Positions 45,096 to 56,611 of a stretch of DNA of 64,000 nt are shown here, one piece after another. The position numbers and the translations under genes were made by a program. A model generated the notes under the pieces. That model ran no database searches and was not told the origin of the DNA. It saw only the letters and a program-made list of their open reading frames with translations. Source of the DNA: the human T2T-CHM13v2.0 reference genome, Homo sapiens. Each line of letters starts with the position of its first letter. The stretch's first letter is position 1. The DNA lies in assembly GCF_009914755.1 (NCBI RefSeq), contig NC_060938.1. One strand, written 5' to 3'.

Positions 45096-45388
45096 CAGTG
45101 TTCCTTCCCCACCACACACACACACAGATACCAAAATCCTCAGATGCCCAAGTCTCTGATATAAAATGGTTTATTATTTGCATATAACCTACAGTCATCC
45201 TCTCTCTTTACTTTAAATCATCTCTAGATTAGTTACAGTAGTTCATACAATGCCTACACATCACTTGACACAGGGAAAACTTGGGTTTTTTTTTTTTGTA
45301 ACCGTGAAATTTTTTTTTACAAATATATTTGATCTGCAGTTGGTTGAATTCATGAATTTGGAACCCATGGATATGGAGGGCCAACTAT
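45096..45388. mobile_element. MER2 (TcMar-Tigger MITE)
   Basis: gataccaaaatcc...atttgcatataacctac...ggatatggagggccaact terminal repeat. Confidence 0.8.
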
Positions 45389-46400
45389 ATTTTACTGAGC
45401 AAAGGAATTTTTTCCTTTAGGTGCTGCTATAAATTTTATAGTTTCTTAGGCTTGAATTCGTAAAGCCGTAAAGGCAGCATTTGGTCAGAAAACGACTGTG
45501 TCATGGAAGATGAGTCTGACTTGCAGGTGCCACTTGGGCTTAGCTCCCAGCCCATCCAGATGGCACAATTCCCGCTTCTCCATGTGAGCCCCTAGGTTTG
45601 GGATCCTTGTGGAAAATCTGTGCTGCTAAATGTTAAAGTCAACCAGAGAGTTACAAAAAGAGCTCCTTTGAAAGACTAATTCAATTATTTATTAGCACTC
45701 TCAGAGTACAGTGTCAGCCAAGATAGTATTTGAAATTAATATACTATTTGATTAGACTGATTGATTGTTCCTACAGCTGAAGATTTTAACATTCATTAGC
45801 CGTACTAACTGGTCATTAGTACTTCCTTTATCAGCAAGCAAAGAATAAACAGAAATTCTAATAAAAATTCATCACAGTGAATGTACTCCGTACCTAAGCC
45901 ACTGTGATGATTGCTGGGTACTAGATTAACTGCTGTAACATTGGCAGTGGGAAAGATTTCTCTTAGAAAACTTAAAAATTTCCCTTAATTAATGTTTAGC
46001 TTGTAACTGGACTCTTAAACTTAAGTAGGCTATACAGATAATCTCTTACATACCCAGTATAATAAAGTGCTAATGGGTATTTTATACTTAATGTGTTTGT
46101 GTGGTACCCTTTAACTATTAGTTTCAGGAAGGATTGAGGGCTTCTTAGGAAAGTTTGCTAACATGCTGCAGGTGACGCTTTTTCCCCACTACTGAGGAAT
46201 ACAAGCATCATGGGCTGTTTTTCAACCAGACAGTTAAAATAATTCTGACATTAATACAAATATGCTAGCCTGTTATGCTGTGTGATACCTCTGTCTTTCT
46301 GCCAAGTCGTGAATCCCTTGTGGTTTTAATAGCAAATTGGAAGGTATGATGTGAAGAAGAGAATGAAGCAGGCAGAGGAAACCCTTTATGAATTGACTCA

Positions 46401-46733
<333 letters not shown>

Positions 46734-46789
46734 AATACATATATATATATATGTATGGCCACCTAATACTGTCTGCCTTCTCAGCACTT

Positions 46790-46990
46790 CGCAAGCACTA
46801 GCTTGTTTAATACTCAGAATGATCTTGAAAAATTGACAGTGCTATCCCCATTTTACAGGCAATGAGACTGTTGCTCAGAAAGGTTATTAAGCAGCTTGTC
46901 CAAGGTCATGCATATGGTAAGCAGCAAAGTCAGCCCTTCAACCAGTCTGCAAGTTCTAGTGCCATACTCATCTGCTTGGCTACGCTGCAT
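46790..46990 (-). mobile_element. MIR
   Basis: tatccccattttacag...aggttattaagcagcttgtccaaggtca. Confidence 0.7.
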
Positions 46991-48180
46991 AAGCATAAGC
47001 TGAACTTAGAAGTTCTGTTTGTGTTTCTGTCTGTAGGTGAGCCCATCAAGTTCTGCACTATGTATATATATATATAATCTTTCTTGGCTCTAGCATGAAT
47101 TCAGACAGCTGGAGAGCAAGTAAGGACAGTGAAGGAATTTGAACAGAGTCCAGGAGCCTAGCCAGCTACTGTGTCCCAAAATATGTCAAGCTCTATCTAA
47201 ACAGAGGCAGAGCCAAGAAGTCCAAGGAAACATCAAGGGTCCCAAGTGGGCAGGCAGAGAGCAGCATAAGGGAATCTGGGCTACTTCATCCTGGGGTGGT
47301 CAGGAAAGTCTTCAAATAATTATTCTGGGGCTGGTGTGGGCTGGAGTGAGAGGTTCCTGTCTATCAGAAATGGGGGAAGGACTAACAGTAAGTAGTGAGC
47401 CAAGTTAACAAGGACCAAAGTGAAGTCTCTGTCACAGATAGAGACTGGAAAGAAAGGGGCTGAGAGAACTTTGACTAAGAAATTGCCCTGGAGCATTCAG
47501 GGTCTAGGAAGATACAGCTAAGGAGAATAGTCAAGTGTTGCTAGTCTTATGTCTGATTGGGAGCAGGGCCACAGTCTGAAAAGACAGATCCCTGAATAGG
47601 AACACAGAGGAAGGGGGGGTACACAGTCATGTGCCTCTGGCCCATGAAGTGCTCTACATGGTGGCTACAACTCTATTTTAAGTCCCCAGGCAAAAGCTGC
47701 TTAAAATGGAGAACCCAGGAATAGAGGCAAGAAGGAGTTTGCCATGTGTGGCTGCAGATAGTATTCTACTATGGACTCCAGAACTGAAATAGTATCAGTG
47801 TGAATGCACCTTAGGAGATGTCATAGGCTGTACTATTTTTACCTTCATTCACCTGATAGTTTTCACTCTATCCAAGATTCAAAATGTAGATGAATCAATA
47901 GGAAATGGCTAATTCCATAAATTACAATTTGACAATAATAATCTTACATTTTAGTCTATGTTATTGCCTTCAGTAACAAATTACTATTGATAGAAAAGCC
48001 TCTTTCAGTAATTTCTGGGTGTTATTTCAGAGAGGAATAGAGTTGATAATTAGGCCGTCTTTCAAGTCCATGCTTGGGGCAGTTTTCTTTCCTGAGTCTT
48101 CTGAGAGATTTTCAATGGATAAAATTTTCATGCTTGTGTTCCCTAATTCTTCTCCTTTTCTTTTTCTTTCTCTCACACAG

Positions 48181-51100
48181 GAGACTTTGAATGTGATTGA
48201 TCCTGGCTTGATGGACCTAAATGGGATGAGTGAGGATGCCCTGGAATGGGATGAAATGGACATAAGTAACAAGTTAATTAGTTTGAATGAGGAATCAAAT
48301 GACCTTGATCAAGAACTCCAACCTGTTATCCCTTCCTTGAAGCTTGGAGAGACAAGTAATGAGGACCCTGGTTATGACGAGGAGGCTGATAACCATGGGG
48401 GATCTCAGTATGCCTCAAATATTACTGCCCCCTCTAGTCCACACATTTACCAGGTGTACAGCCTCCACAATGTTGAACTCTATGAGGACAACCACATGCC
48501 ATTTCTGAAAAACAATCCAAAGGTCACTGGCATGACACAGCCTAATGTTTTAACTAAGAGTCTCAGTAAAGACTCTTCATTTTCATCTACCAAATCTTTG
48601 CCAGATCTTCTAGGTGGTTCCAATTTGGTAAAGCCCTGCGCATGTCATGGAGGAGACATGAGCCAGAATTCAGGCAGTGAGAGTGGAATTGTCAGTGAAG
48701 GAGACACAGAAACCACTACCAACTCTGAAATGTGCTTGCTCAATGCAGTGGATGGGTCCCCAAGTAACCTTGAAACTGAACATCTGGACCCACAAATGGG
48801 AGATGCAGTTAACGTGTTAAAGCAAAAATTTACAGATGAGGGGGAAAGCATTAAGCTTCCAAATAGCTCTCAGTCGTCCATTTCACCAGTGGGTTGTGTA
48901 AATGGAAAAGTTGGAGATTTAAACAGTATTACCAAACATACCCCTGACTGTTTGGGAGAAGAATTACAAGGAAAACATGATGTGTTTACATTTTATGATT
49001 ACTCATACCTCCAAGGCTCAAAACTCAAATTACCAATGATAATGAAACAGTCACAAAGCGAAAAAGCGCATGTGGAGGATCCCCTGCTTCGTGGTTTTTA
49101 TTTTGATAAAAAATCATGCAAATCTAAACATCAGACTACAGAGTTACAACCAGATGTACCTCCCCATGAAAGGATTTTGGCAAGTGCATCTCATGAAATG
49201 GATCGCATTTCATATAAAAGTGGCAATATAGAAAAGACATTCACTGGCATGCAGAATGCCAAACAGCTCTCCCTTTTATCTCATAGTTCATCTATTGAGT
49301 CCCTTTCTCCAGGGGGTGATTTATTTGGATTGGGCATCTTTAAAAATGGCAGTGACAGCCTCCAGCGAAGCACTTCTTTAGAAAGTTGGTTGACTTCCTA
49401 TAAAAGCAATGAAGATCTCTTTAGCTGTCACAGCTCTGGGGATATAAGCGTGAGCAGTGGCTCAGTTGGTGAACTAAGTAAAAGAACATTAGATCTCCTG
49501 AATCGTTTGGAGAATATCCAGAGCCCCTCAGAGCAAAAGATAAAACGAAGTGTTTCTGATATCACTCTTCAAAGCAGTTCCCAAAAGATGTCCTTTACTG
49601 GCCAGATGTCATTGGACATAGCATCTTCTATCAATGAAGACTCAGCGGCATCTCTAACAGAACTTAGCAGCAGTGACGAGCTCTCTCTTTGCTCAGAGGA
49701 TATTGTGTTACACAAGAACAAGATCCCGGAATCGAATGCATCGTTCAGGAAGCGTCTGACTCGTTCAGTGGCTGATGAAAGCGATGTCAATGTCAGCATG
49801 ATTGTTAATGTCTCTTGCACCTCTGCTTGCACTGATGATGAAGATGACAGCGACCTGCTCTCCAGCTCTACCCTTACCTTGACTGAAGAAGAGCTGTGCA
49901 TCAAAGATGAGGATGACGACTCCAGTATTGCAACAGATGATGAAATTTATGAAGACTGCACCTTGATGTCAGGGCTAGACTACATAAAGAATGAATTACA
50001 GACCTGGATTAGGCCAAAATTGTCTTTGACAAGAGATAAGAAAAGGTGCAATGTCAGTGATGAGATGAAGGGCAGTAAAGATATAAGTAGCAGTGAGATG
50101 ACCAATCCCTCTGATACTCTGAATATTGAGACCCTTCTAAATGGCTCTGTAAAACGTGTCTCTGAAAATAATGGAAATGGTAAGAATTCATCTCATACCC
50201 ATGAGTTAGGGACAAAGCGTGAAAATAAGAAAACTATTTTCAAAGTTAATAAAGATCCATATGTGGCTGACATGGAAAATGGCAATATTGAAGGTATTCC
50301 AGAAAGGCAAAAGGGCAAACCGAATGTGACTTCAAAGGTATCAGAAAATCTTGGTTCACATGGGAAAGAGATTTCAGAGAGTGAGCATTGTAAGTGTAAA
50401 GCACTTATGGATAGTTTAGATGATTCAAATACTGCTGGCAAGGAATTTGTTTCCCAAGATGTTAGACATCTTCCAAAGAAATGTCCAAATCACCACCATT
50501 TTGAAAATCAAAGCACTGCCTCTACTCCCACTGAGAAGTCTTTCTCAGAACTGGCTTTAGAAACCAGGTTTAACAACAGACAAGACTCTGATGCACTGAA
50601 ATCATCTGATGATGCACCGAGTATGGCTGGAAAATCTGCTGGTTGTTGCCTAGCACTTGAACAAAACGGAACAGAGGAAAATGCTTCTATCAGCGACATT
50701 TCCTGTTGCAACTGTGAGCCAGATGTTTTCCATCAAAAAGATGCCGAAGATTGTTCAGTACACAACTTTGTTAAGGAAATCATTGACATGGCTTCGACAG
50801 CCCTAAAAAGTAAATCTCAACCTGAAAACGAGGTGGCTGCTCCTACTTCATTAACTCAAATCAAGGAGAAAGTGTTGGAGCATTCTCACCGGCCCATCCA
50901 GCTGAGAAAAGGGGACTTTTATTCGTACTTATCTCTCTCATCTCATGACAGTGATTGTGGGGAGGTCACCAATTACATAGAAGAGAAAAGCAGCACTCCA
51001 TTGCCACTAGACACCACTGACTCGGGCTTAGATGACAAGGAAGATATTGAATGCTTTTTTGAGGCCTGTGTTGAGGGTGACTCTGATGGAGAGGAGCCTT

Positions 51101-51552
51101 GTTACTCTAGTGCTCCTCCAAATGAATCTGCAGTTCCCAGCGAAGCTGCAATGCCACTACAAGCAACAGCATGTTCTTCTGAGTTCAGTGATAGTTCTCT
51201 TTCAGCTGATGATGCAGATACAGTGGCTCTTTCAAGTCCTTCCTCTCAGGAAAGAGCTGAGGTTGGAAAGGAAGTGAATGGTTTGCCCCAAACTTCCAGT
51301 GGCTGTGCAGAAAACTTAGAGTTTACTCCTTCAAAGCTTGACAGTGAAAAGGAAAGTTCCGGAAAACCAGGTGAATCTGGAATGCCAGAAGAACATAATG
51401 CTGCTTCAGCCAAATCTAAAGTTCAAGACCTCTCCTTGAAGGCAAATCAGCCAACAGACAAGGCCGCATTGCATCCCAGCCCCAAAACTTTAACCTGTGA
51501 AGAAAATCTTCTAAACCTTCATGAAAAACGACATAGAAATATGCATAGGTAG
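48181..51552 (+). CDS. AKAP6: AKAP6 large coding exon, 1123 codons plus TAG (ETLNVIDPG...KRHRNMHR*); exon continues 42 nt to donor AAAG|GTACGT at 51594/51595
   Basis: Branch-like ccctaat (48141-48147), long polypyrimidine tract, cacacAG at 48179-48180; uninterrupted ORF; Ser/acidic low-complexity protein recognised as the mAKAP C-terminal half. Confidence 0.97.
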   Translation, partial: ETLNVIDPGLMDLNGMSEDALEWDEMDISNKLISLNEESNDLDQELQPVIPSLKLGETSNEDPGYDEEADNHGGSQYASNITAPSSPHIYQVYSLHNVELYEDNHMPFLKNNPKVTGMTQPNVLTKSLSKDSSFSSTKSLPDLLGGSNLVKPCACHGGDMSQNSGSESGIVSEGDTETTTNSEMCLLNAVDGSPSNLETEHLDPQMGDAVNVLKQKFTDEGESIKLPNSSQSSISPVGCVNGKVGDLNSITKHTPDCLGEELQGKHDVFTFYDYSYLQGSKLKLPMIMKQSQSEKAHVEDPLLRGFYFDKKSCKSKHQTTELQPDVPPHERILASASHEMDRISYKSGNIEKTFTGMQNAKQLSLLSHSSSIESLSPGGDLFGLGIFKNGSDSLQRSTSLESWLTSYKSNEDLFSCHSSGDISVSSGSVGELSKRTLDLLNRLENIQSPSEQKIKRSVSDITLQSSSQKMSFTGQMSLDIASSINEDSAASLTELSSSDELSLCSEDIVLHKNKIPESNASFRKRLTRSVADESDVNVSMIVNVSCTSACTDDEDDSDLLSSSTLTLTEEELCIKDEDDDSSIATDDEIYEDCTLMSGLDYIKNELQTWIRPKLSLTRDKKRCNVSDEMKGSKDISSSEMTNPSDTLNIETLLNGSVKRVSENNGNGKNSSHTHELGTKRENKKTIFKVNKDPYVADMENGNIEGIPERQKGKPNVTSKVSENLGSHGKEISESEHCKCKALMDSLDDSNTAGKEFVSQDVRHLPKKCPNHHHFENQSTASTPTEKSFSELALETRFNNRQDSDALKSSDDAPSMAGKSAGCCLALEQNGTEENASISDISCCNCEPDVFHQKDAEDCSVHNFVKEIIDMASTALKSKSQPENEVAAPTSLTQIKEKVLEHSHRPIQLRKGDFYSYLSLSSHDSDCGEVTNYIEEKSSTPLPLDTTDSGLDDKEDIECFFEACVEGDSDGEEPCYSSAPPNESAVPSEAAMPLQATACSSEFSDSSLSADDADTVALSSPSSQERAEVGKEVNGLPQTSSGCAENLEFTPSKLDSEKESSGKPGESGMPEEHNAASAKSKVQDLSLKANQPTDKAALHPSPKTLTCEENLLNLHEKRHRNMHR
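50755..50814 (+). other. AKAP6: PKA RII-binding amphipathic helix (SVHNFVKEIIDMASTALKSK)
   Basis: Hydrophobic i/i+3/i+4 pattern typical of AKAP RII helices; position matches the recalled mAKAP RII site near residues 2055-2075. Confidence 0.85.
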
Positions 51553-51594
51553 AATGTACCCCCTCCCCAAGCATGAAAATCATCTCACTGAAAG

Positions 51595-54500
51595 GTACGT
51601 ATAGTCCTCATGCCATATATGTATTTAAAATATTGAGTTCAGGTCAGCAAAACCATGGCAGGAGAAAAGGCTAGTCAGAATGACCAGTTACGGCAGACAG
51701 TTATCTGAATAAGACATTTAGGTAGAAGAAATGCTCTCAACAATGAAAGTAACTGTGAAGCAAAAGAAAAAAAAAACAGGGAAAATTGACATTCTTAGTG
51801 ACATTATCTTTATTACATAATTCTGGCAAGAATACAAAATTTGAGGAAGTAGTTGAACAATTTAAGGCCTCAAATTCTTCCATTGAGGGAGAATAAAAAG
51901 CTTATCCAAATCGCAATTATACTCCATGATCAAAATGCATGCATAGTAACAATGCTCTCCACTTCAGTTTCCTGCACAGAGAGCTGTCCGTTCTCTTCAG
52001 TGCCTGCAGATGAACAATGATTAGGCTAAAGGCCACATCTCCTGATTTGGCCCTTCCTTTTATGCTTCTGTCTAATGTAACTATCGTCACATTTGCTTCC
52101 CCAGTGGAAGACTGTGCTGTCACAACTCCTAATCACGGCCATGTCTAAGGATTCAAACAGGAGGGGAAAGTTGATGTTAAAGAAGAGGCTCTTATTTATC
52201 CACATACAGATTGAGAACAGGCTCAGAAAGCAAATGCAGAGAGAATACATGACAAGTTAATGGCGTTTTGATAAAAACAGAATTTTTGAATTTTGCCTGA
52301 AGGTGACAGGCTGATTTCCATCAAATTTTTTAAGAAAGTCATTCCACTCTTCATATTTAATAAGACAGCTATTGATCGATAATTCCAAGATGATGATATG
52401 TCTCTAAAAGTGACACAAAGATTCTGTTATTTCCCATTTCTAAGCCCCAGTGATGAATATGCTTTCTCAATCAAGTTTAAAGAAAATTTGAGCTTTCAAA
52501 TGTGAGAGTCATATTTCACCCAAGTATGAGATGCCTAATGCCACCTCCACCCCCCACTCCAGAAGCTTAATGCCGTCACCTAAACTCGTGCTATAGGAAA
52601 TGAATTACAGAAGCAATCTACCCTAATTTGTTAACTTATTCAAATAACAGTTATTATACTTAACTATGCTAAAGATTATCTTTTTTGTGGCAGATTGTTT
52701 ATTTTTTGATGAGCCTAATTACTGATTTTCTAAAAGTAATTTACATTTATTACAAATACATCTTTTAAAATGTGACAGATAAATGTTGTTCCCATAATGT
52801 ATTATGAAAAAAGTTACTATTTAAAAACACATTATTTAATTTGAAAGATGAATGGCAAACATCATTATTTTTTTTTCCTGCAACACCTGTGCCCTAAGCT
52901 TATTAAAATGTGTGATTCTGTGTAGAGCTGCTAGAAATGGGGACTAAGGGGGGGCATCTATACCATATATACCCTAAAAATAAACTCAGTATGCAAAATT
53001 GAAGAAAGGCATCCCACTTACTAATATAGCTCAACTAATTTTCTGTGTTTCAGACTCTATTTACAATTGGCTGCAAGTGAGAACAAAAGTAGGAGAGAGA
53101 GAAATGTATTTTCTGTGAAACATGTCCACCCTATAATCACATTCTCCATCAGTATGCAGTAAAACTGACCATTAAGGGAGAGTAACTGCAATTCCATAAG
53201 CTGCTTCAAAACAAGTCCTATTAGAACCGATTGTACTGCTGGCTCTGCCAACCTCCGCAGAAGGGCTGGTAGAGCCTGGCTGATTTTGTTTTCTGAAAGG
53301 GGATAAAGGCTTGAAAGCAACACCACTCTGAGCATGACATCATGTGACTGTGACCCTCAAGTCACCAGTCATGCTGAGATCTGGAGCTCCAGAAGCTCTG
53401 GCACTGGAGAAGCCTTTGCGAAGCACTCTCCCTTTTTTGATCCTCTGGGAATTTCTTCTCTCTCTTACATAGACGTAGAATTGAAATGAAATGTAAATGA
53501 TGAGCAGCTCCATCTTTAGACTTGGAGGAAGTGAATGTGCTGGTGGATCTGTGTAACCCTCACATTTTACAAGCAGGGACAATGTCAAACTAGCAGCCAG
53601 CCCGTCTGCCAGTCAGCAGTATTTTTTGTTAAGCCCCGGTGATGCCTGGCCTTATCTCGGGCAAAGGGAGAAACAGCCAGATTTTACTTCTGCAGAACTC
53701 ACATCGCCCCCAAGTGACTTGTTATAGGCCTAGAGCCATTTAAATAGCCATATTTACTGGTCCTATTCAGGATTTTTTTCAGTATCATGTGGACAAAACA
53801 TCTGGATGCCTGAAATTTTTACCAGACGTTAGCATTGGATAACTGGGTATAAATAGTCACATATTGTTAAAATACTATCAACCAGGACAAATTATTTAAT
53901 CTCAAAATGTTGACATGCCTTCAGTATTTAATGTCAAGAATACATAGTAAAAATTGTTTGATAAATATGAGGTTTCATGTCTACAAGAGCTTAATTGTTG
54001 TCATTGTTCTTACTACAAGTTCAGAAAAAGAAAAAGAAAAAGCTGTGCTTTTTAAAGACATTTGAAAACCATCAGTGGTGATGCTCTTTTTATCAGGACA
54101 GTAAAATTCACCAAATTCCATTTGCTTGGTTTTTTTTTTTTTCCAGAACTAAGTTTTCAGATGATGAAATGATTATAATGCCACCCAGAAGAGATATAAC
54201 TTAGAATAGCAGATAGAGTCTGCAACAGTAACAAAAATGTTTTCCAGATTTTCAAATGTTTTTTATTTACTGTGTTCTAATTAAAAACCCACTGAAACTG
54301 CTTGAGAAGTTTTAACATGATCTAACAGTATGCATTTGCACTGATTTCCAGGCATACTGCTGTGCTTTTCACTATTTTCATTTTTGTGTCATGTTTCTAT
54401 AAAAATAGAGGGGTCAGTTACAGCAAATCACATCAAAGGAAAGGTAACTGGATAGATCCAGATCTTTCTGCCTAATTTGGAGGAAGCACATAATGTATGT

Positions 54501-55285
54501 CTGGAGTGCCTCCTAGGACCTGCCTCAGAGATGTACTTTGCGCTAATCTTTTTGCTGTATTCTGACAGTTATTTCTTCATAATCCTCATCATAAGCCTCT
54601 GATCTTTGATGAATGGTTTAACCCTAAACTTCAGGCTGGATAAATCCCGTGGTATAAAAATTTAACTCATCATATGCGGCCAGTGTGTGCTTTTTCTTTT
54701 CCTTTTGGTCTGCTCTAGTGATTTGGGGTTTTGTTTTACTATGTGTATGTGTATGAGTGTGGTGTTTTGGGGGGTGGGTTGAGGAGCTGTATTTACTTAC
54801 AGTGCATATATTTCCTTTAGAACTTTTTAGCTTTATTGCCTTTTCTACTTTATTGGTCTGTAAATGTGATAGTTGGTGGCCAGTAGATTTTAGATTTTAG
54901 GCAATTACTTGTATTTGTGCATGCTCAAGTACGCACATAAAGAGTTTTAAATGCTGCTGCTCAGATTTTAGAAACTGAGAAAGCTGTAAGAGCAAACATT
55001 TCTCATGCACACAGCACAATTCCCATTCTGTTAATTGGATTGACATTAGGTGCTTAATATTTTCCAAAGCTGGTCAACTAGGTTTAAGAAACTACCTTTG
55101 GTGATTGTGTATGAATTTTGCACTAGACAATACAGGTATAATCTTATCAAACTTACCTTTAAAATCACTTTAATAAACCAATGTTTTGCTGGATGTGAAG
55201 TGTCTTTAAATTATCTGGCACTTCTGAATAACTAGCCCTGCTATGCTAAATGACAAGGATGTTACTGGGCATCACCTATCATCTA

Positions 55286-55338
<53 letters not shown>

Positions 55339-56611
55339 CACACCCCAGATCTGTGCCTCAGCCAATTGGCCTGCCCATTTCCAAGTGGGCCAAGTTGAAA
55401 GAATTGATTACCTAGAGAGAATTTAAATGCCAGCATTTAGTAAGACCAGATTTGCCTCACCTAGGGAATCCCTATTCTGTGGCCAGATTTCAAATGAGTC
55501 ATGTCCTCAGCATTTGAACAATGCACTGGGCTTTCTTGTGTTACTGCATTATTTTACTATACCAAATTTCATCCCATCTGTTTCTGTCTGTCTCCCCCAG
55601 TTCTTTATCTAATTTTTCTTCTTTCTCCAACTCCCCATGGCTCCAGCCAAACCACTTTTTGTTAAGGTTTTTCTGGCTCTTAAGTTGAAAGATTGTAGAA
55701 AAACAGAGAGCAAGACAAAGAGCATATTCGTTCTTGAAGGACAGTAAAACAACCTGATATGAGAAATCAGAACTCAGTTTAAGCCCAGACAAGCAAAAGC
55801 CTGCTTTCTTTGAGAGCTGGTCAGGGGGACTTACAATAGTTGCATCCTGCATTGCCTAAACTTGGTATTTAGGTGTTCCTCACATTTGACCAGTTGCTTT
55901 TAGCCATTTAGAAACAGGCAGAATGGGTCAAGTTTGGAACAAATTTATATCATAGCCATGAGATGTACAAATATAATTGAATCCGTCTCGTTTCCACAAT
56001 GCTGTATGTACCTTAAATGAAATGCATTACTATTTGAGCTAGAAGCCCCAGTTGTATCTTTTTATAGGCTGAAACACTTAGGATAATCACAATGTTGTGA
56101 ATATTTCACCACTATACAATAGTGGAATTGTTCGATATCATGCATAAAATCACTGCAGGAAGGGTTAAGCCTGAGAGCCTATCAGCTCCCAGTCTGTGGA
56201 ATCATTGTACATTGTAAATATTTTGCCGCATCACTTGGCATCAGTGGCCTCACATTTTCATATTGGTTTGAAGCTATTTTGATGTTCCAAACTGAGTGCA
56301 CAGGCAAAAGAGTGGATGACATCCAGAGAAAAGGTCAAACTTGATGATTTTTCTTGTTTTCTTTGAAACCACGTCTTTCTAAAAAAAAAAAAAAAATCAA
56401 TGTATTTTTCACATCTACGCTGAGACTTTTTTTGTCAGTAATGTGAAGCTTGGGCTATTAAAATTATTTATATTTTATGTATCTTTATATTTCAGAACAT
56501 TAGCAAGTAGTCCCACAATTGCAGCCTTCAATGGTTCCTCAAAGGGCTTGGTTTTGCTAATGAAAAATACATTTCTGAAACCTTTTCTTGTCACTTTTTT
56601 GTTTCTTGTAG
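51595..56611 (+). other. AKAP6: AKAP6 intron within the 3'UTR, 5,017 nt
   Basis: Donor GTACGT at 51595; acceptor ccttttcttgtcacttttttgtttcttgtAG ending at 56611. Confidence 0.8.
55286..55342. repeat. (CT)n(CA)n compound microsatellite
   Basis: Directly visible. Confidence 0.95.

Noticed and set aside
48019-48180. N-terminal 54 aa of the 1177-aa ORF
   Set aside because: Intronic open frame across the branch point and polypyrimidine tract; starts at GTG; the exon begins at 48181.
48027-50711. Minus-strand ORFs opposite the big exon
   Set aside because: Shadow ORFs expected from the codon structure of the sense frame.
51553-51576. Readthrough peptide NVPPPQA resembling a KASH PPPX end
   Set aside because: TAG-A is a poor readthrough context, there is no upstream transmembrane helix, and PPP is not at the terminal PPPX position.
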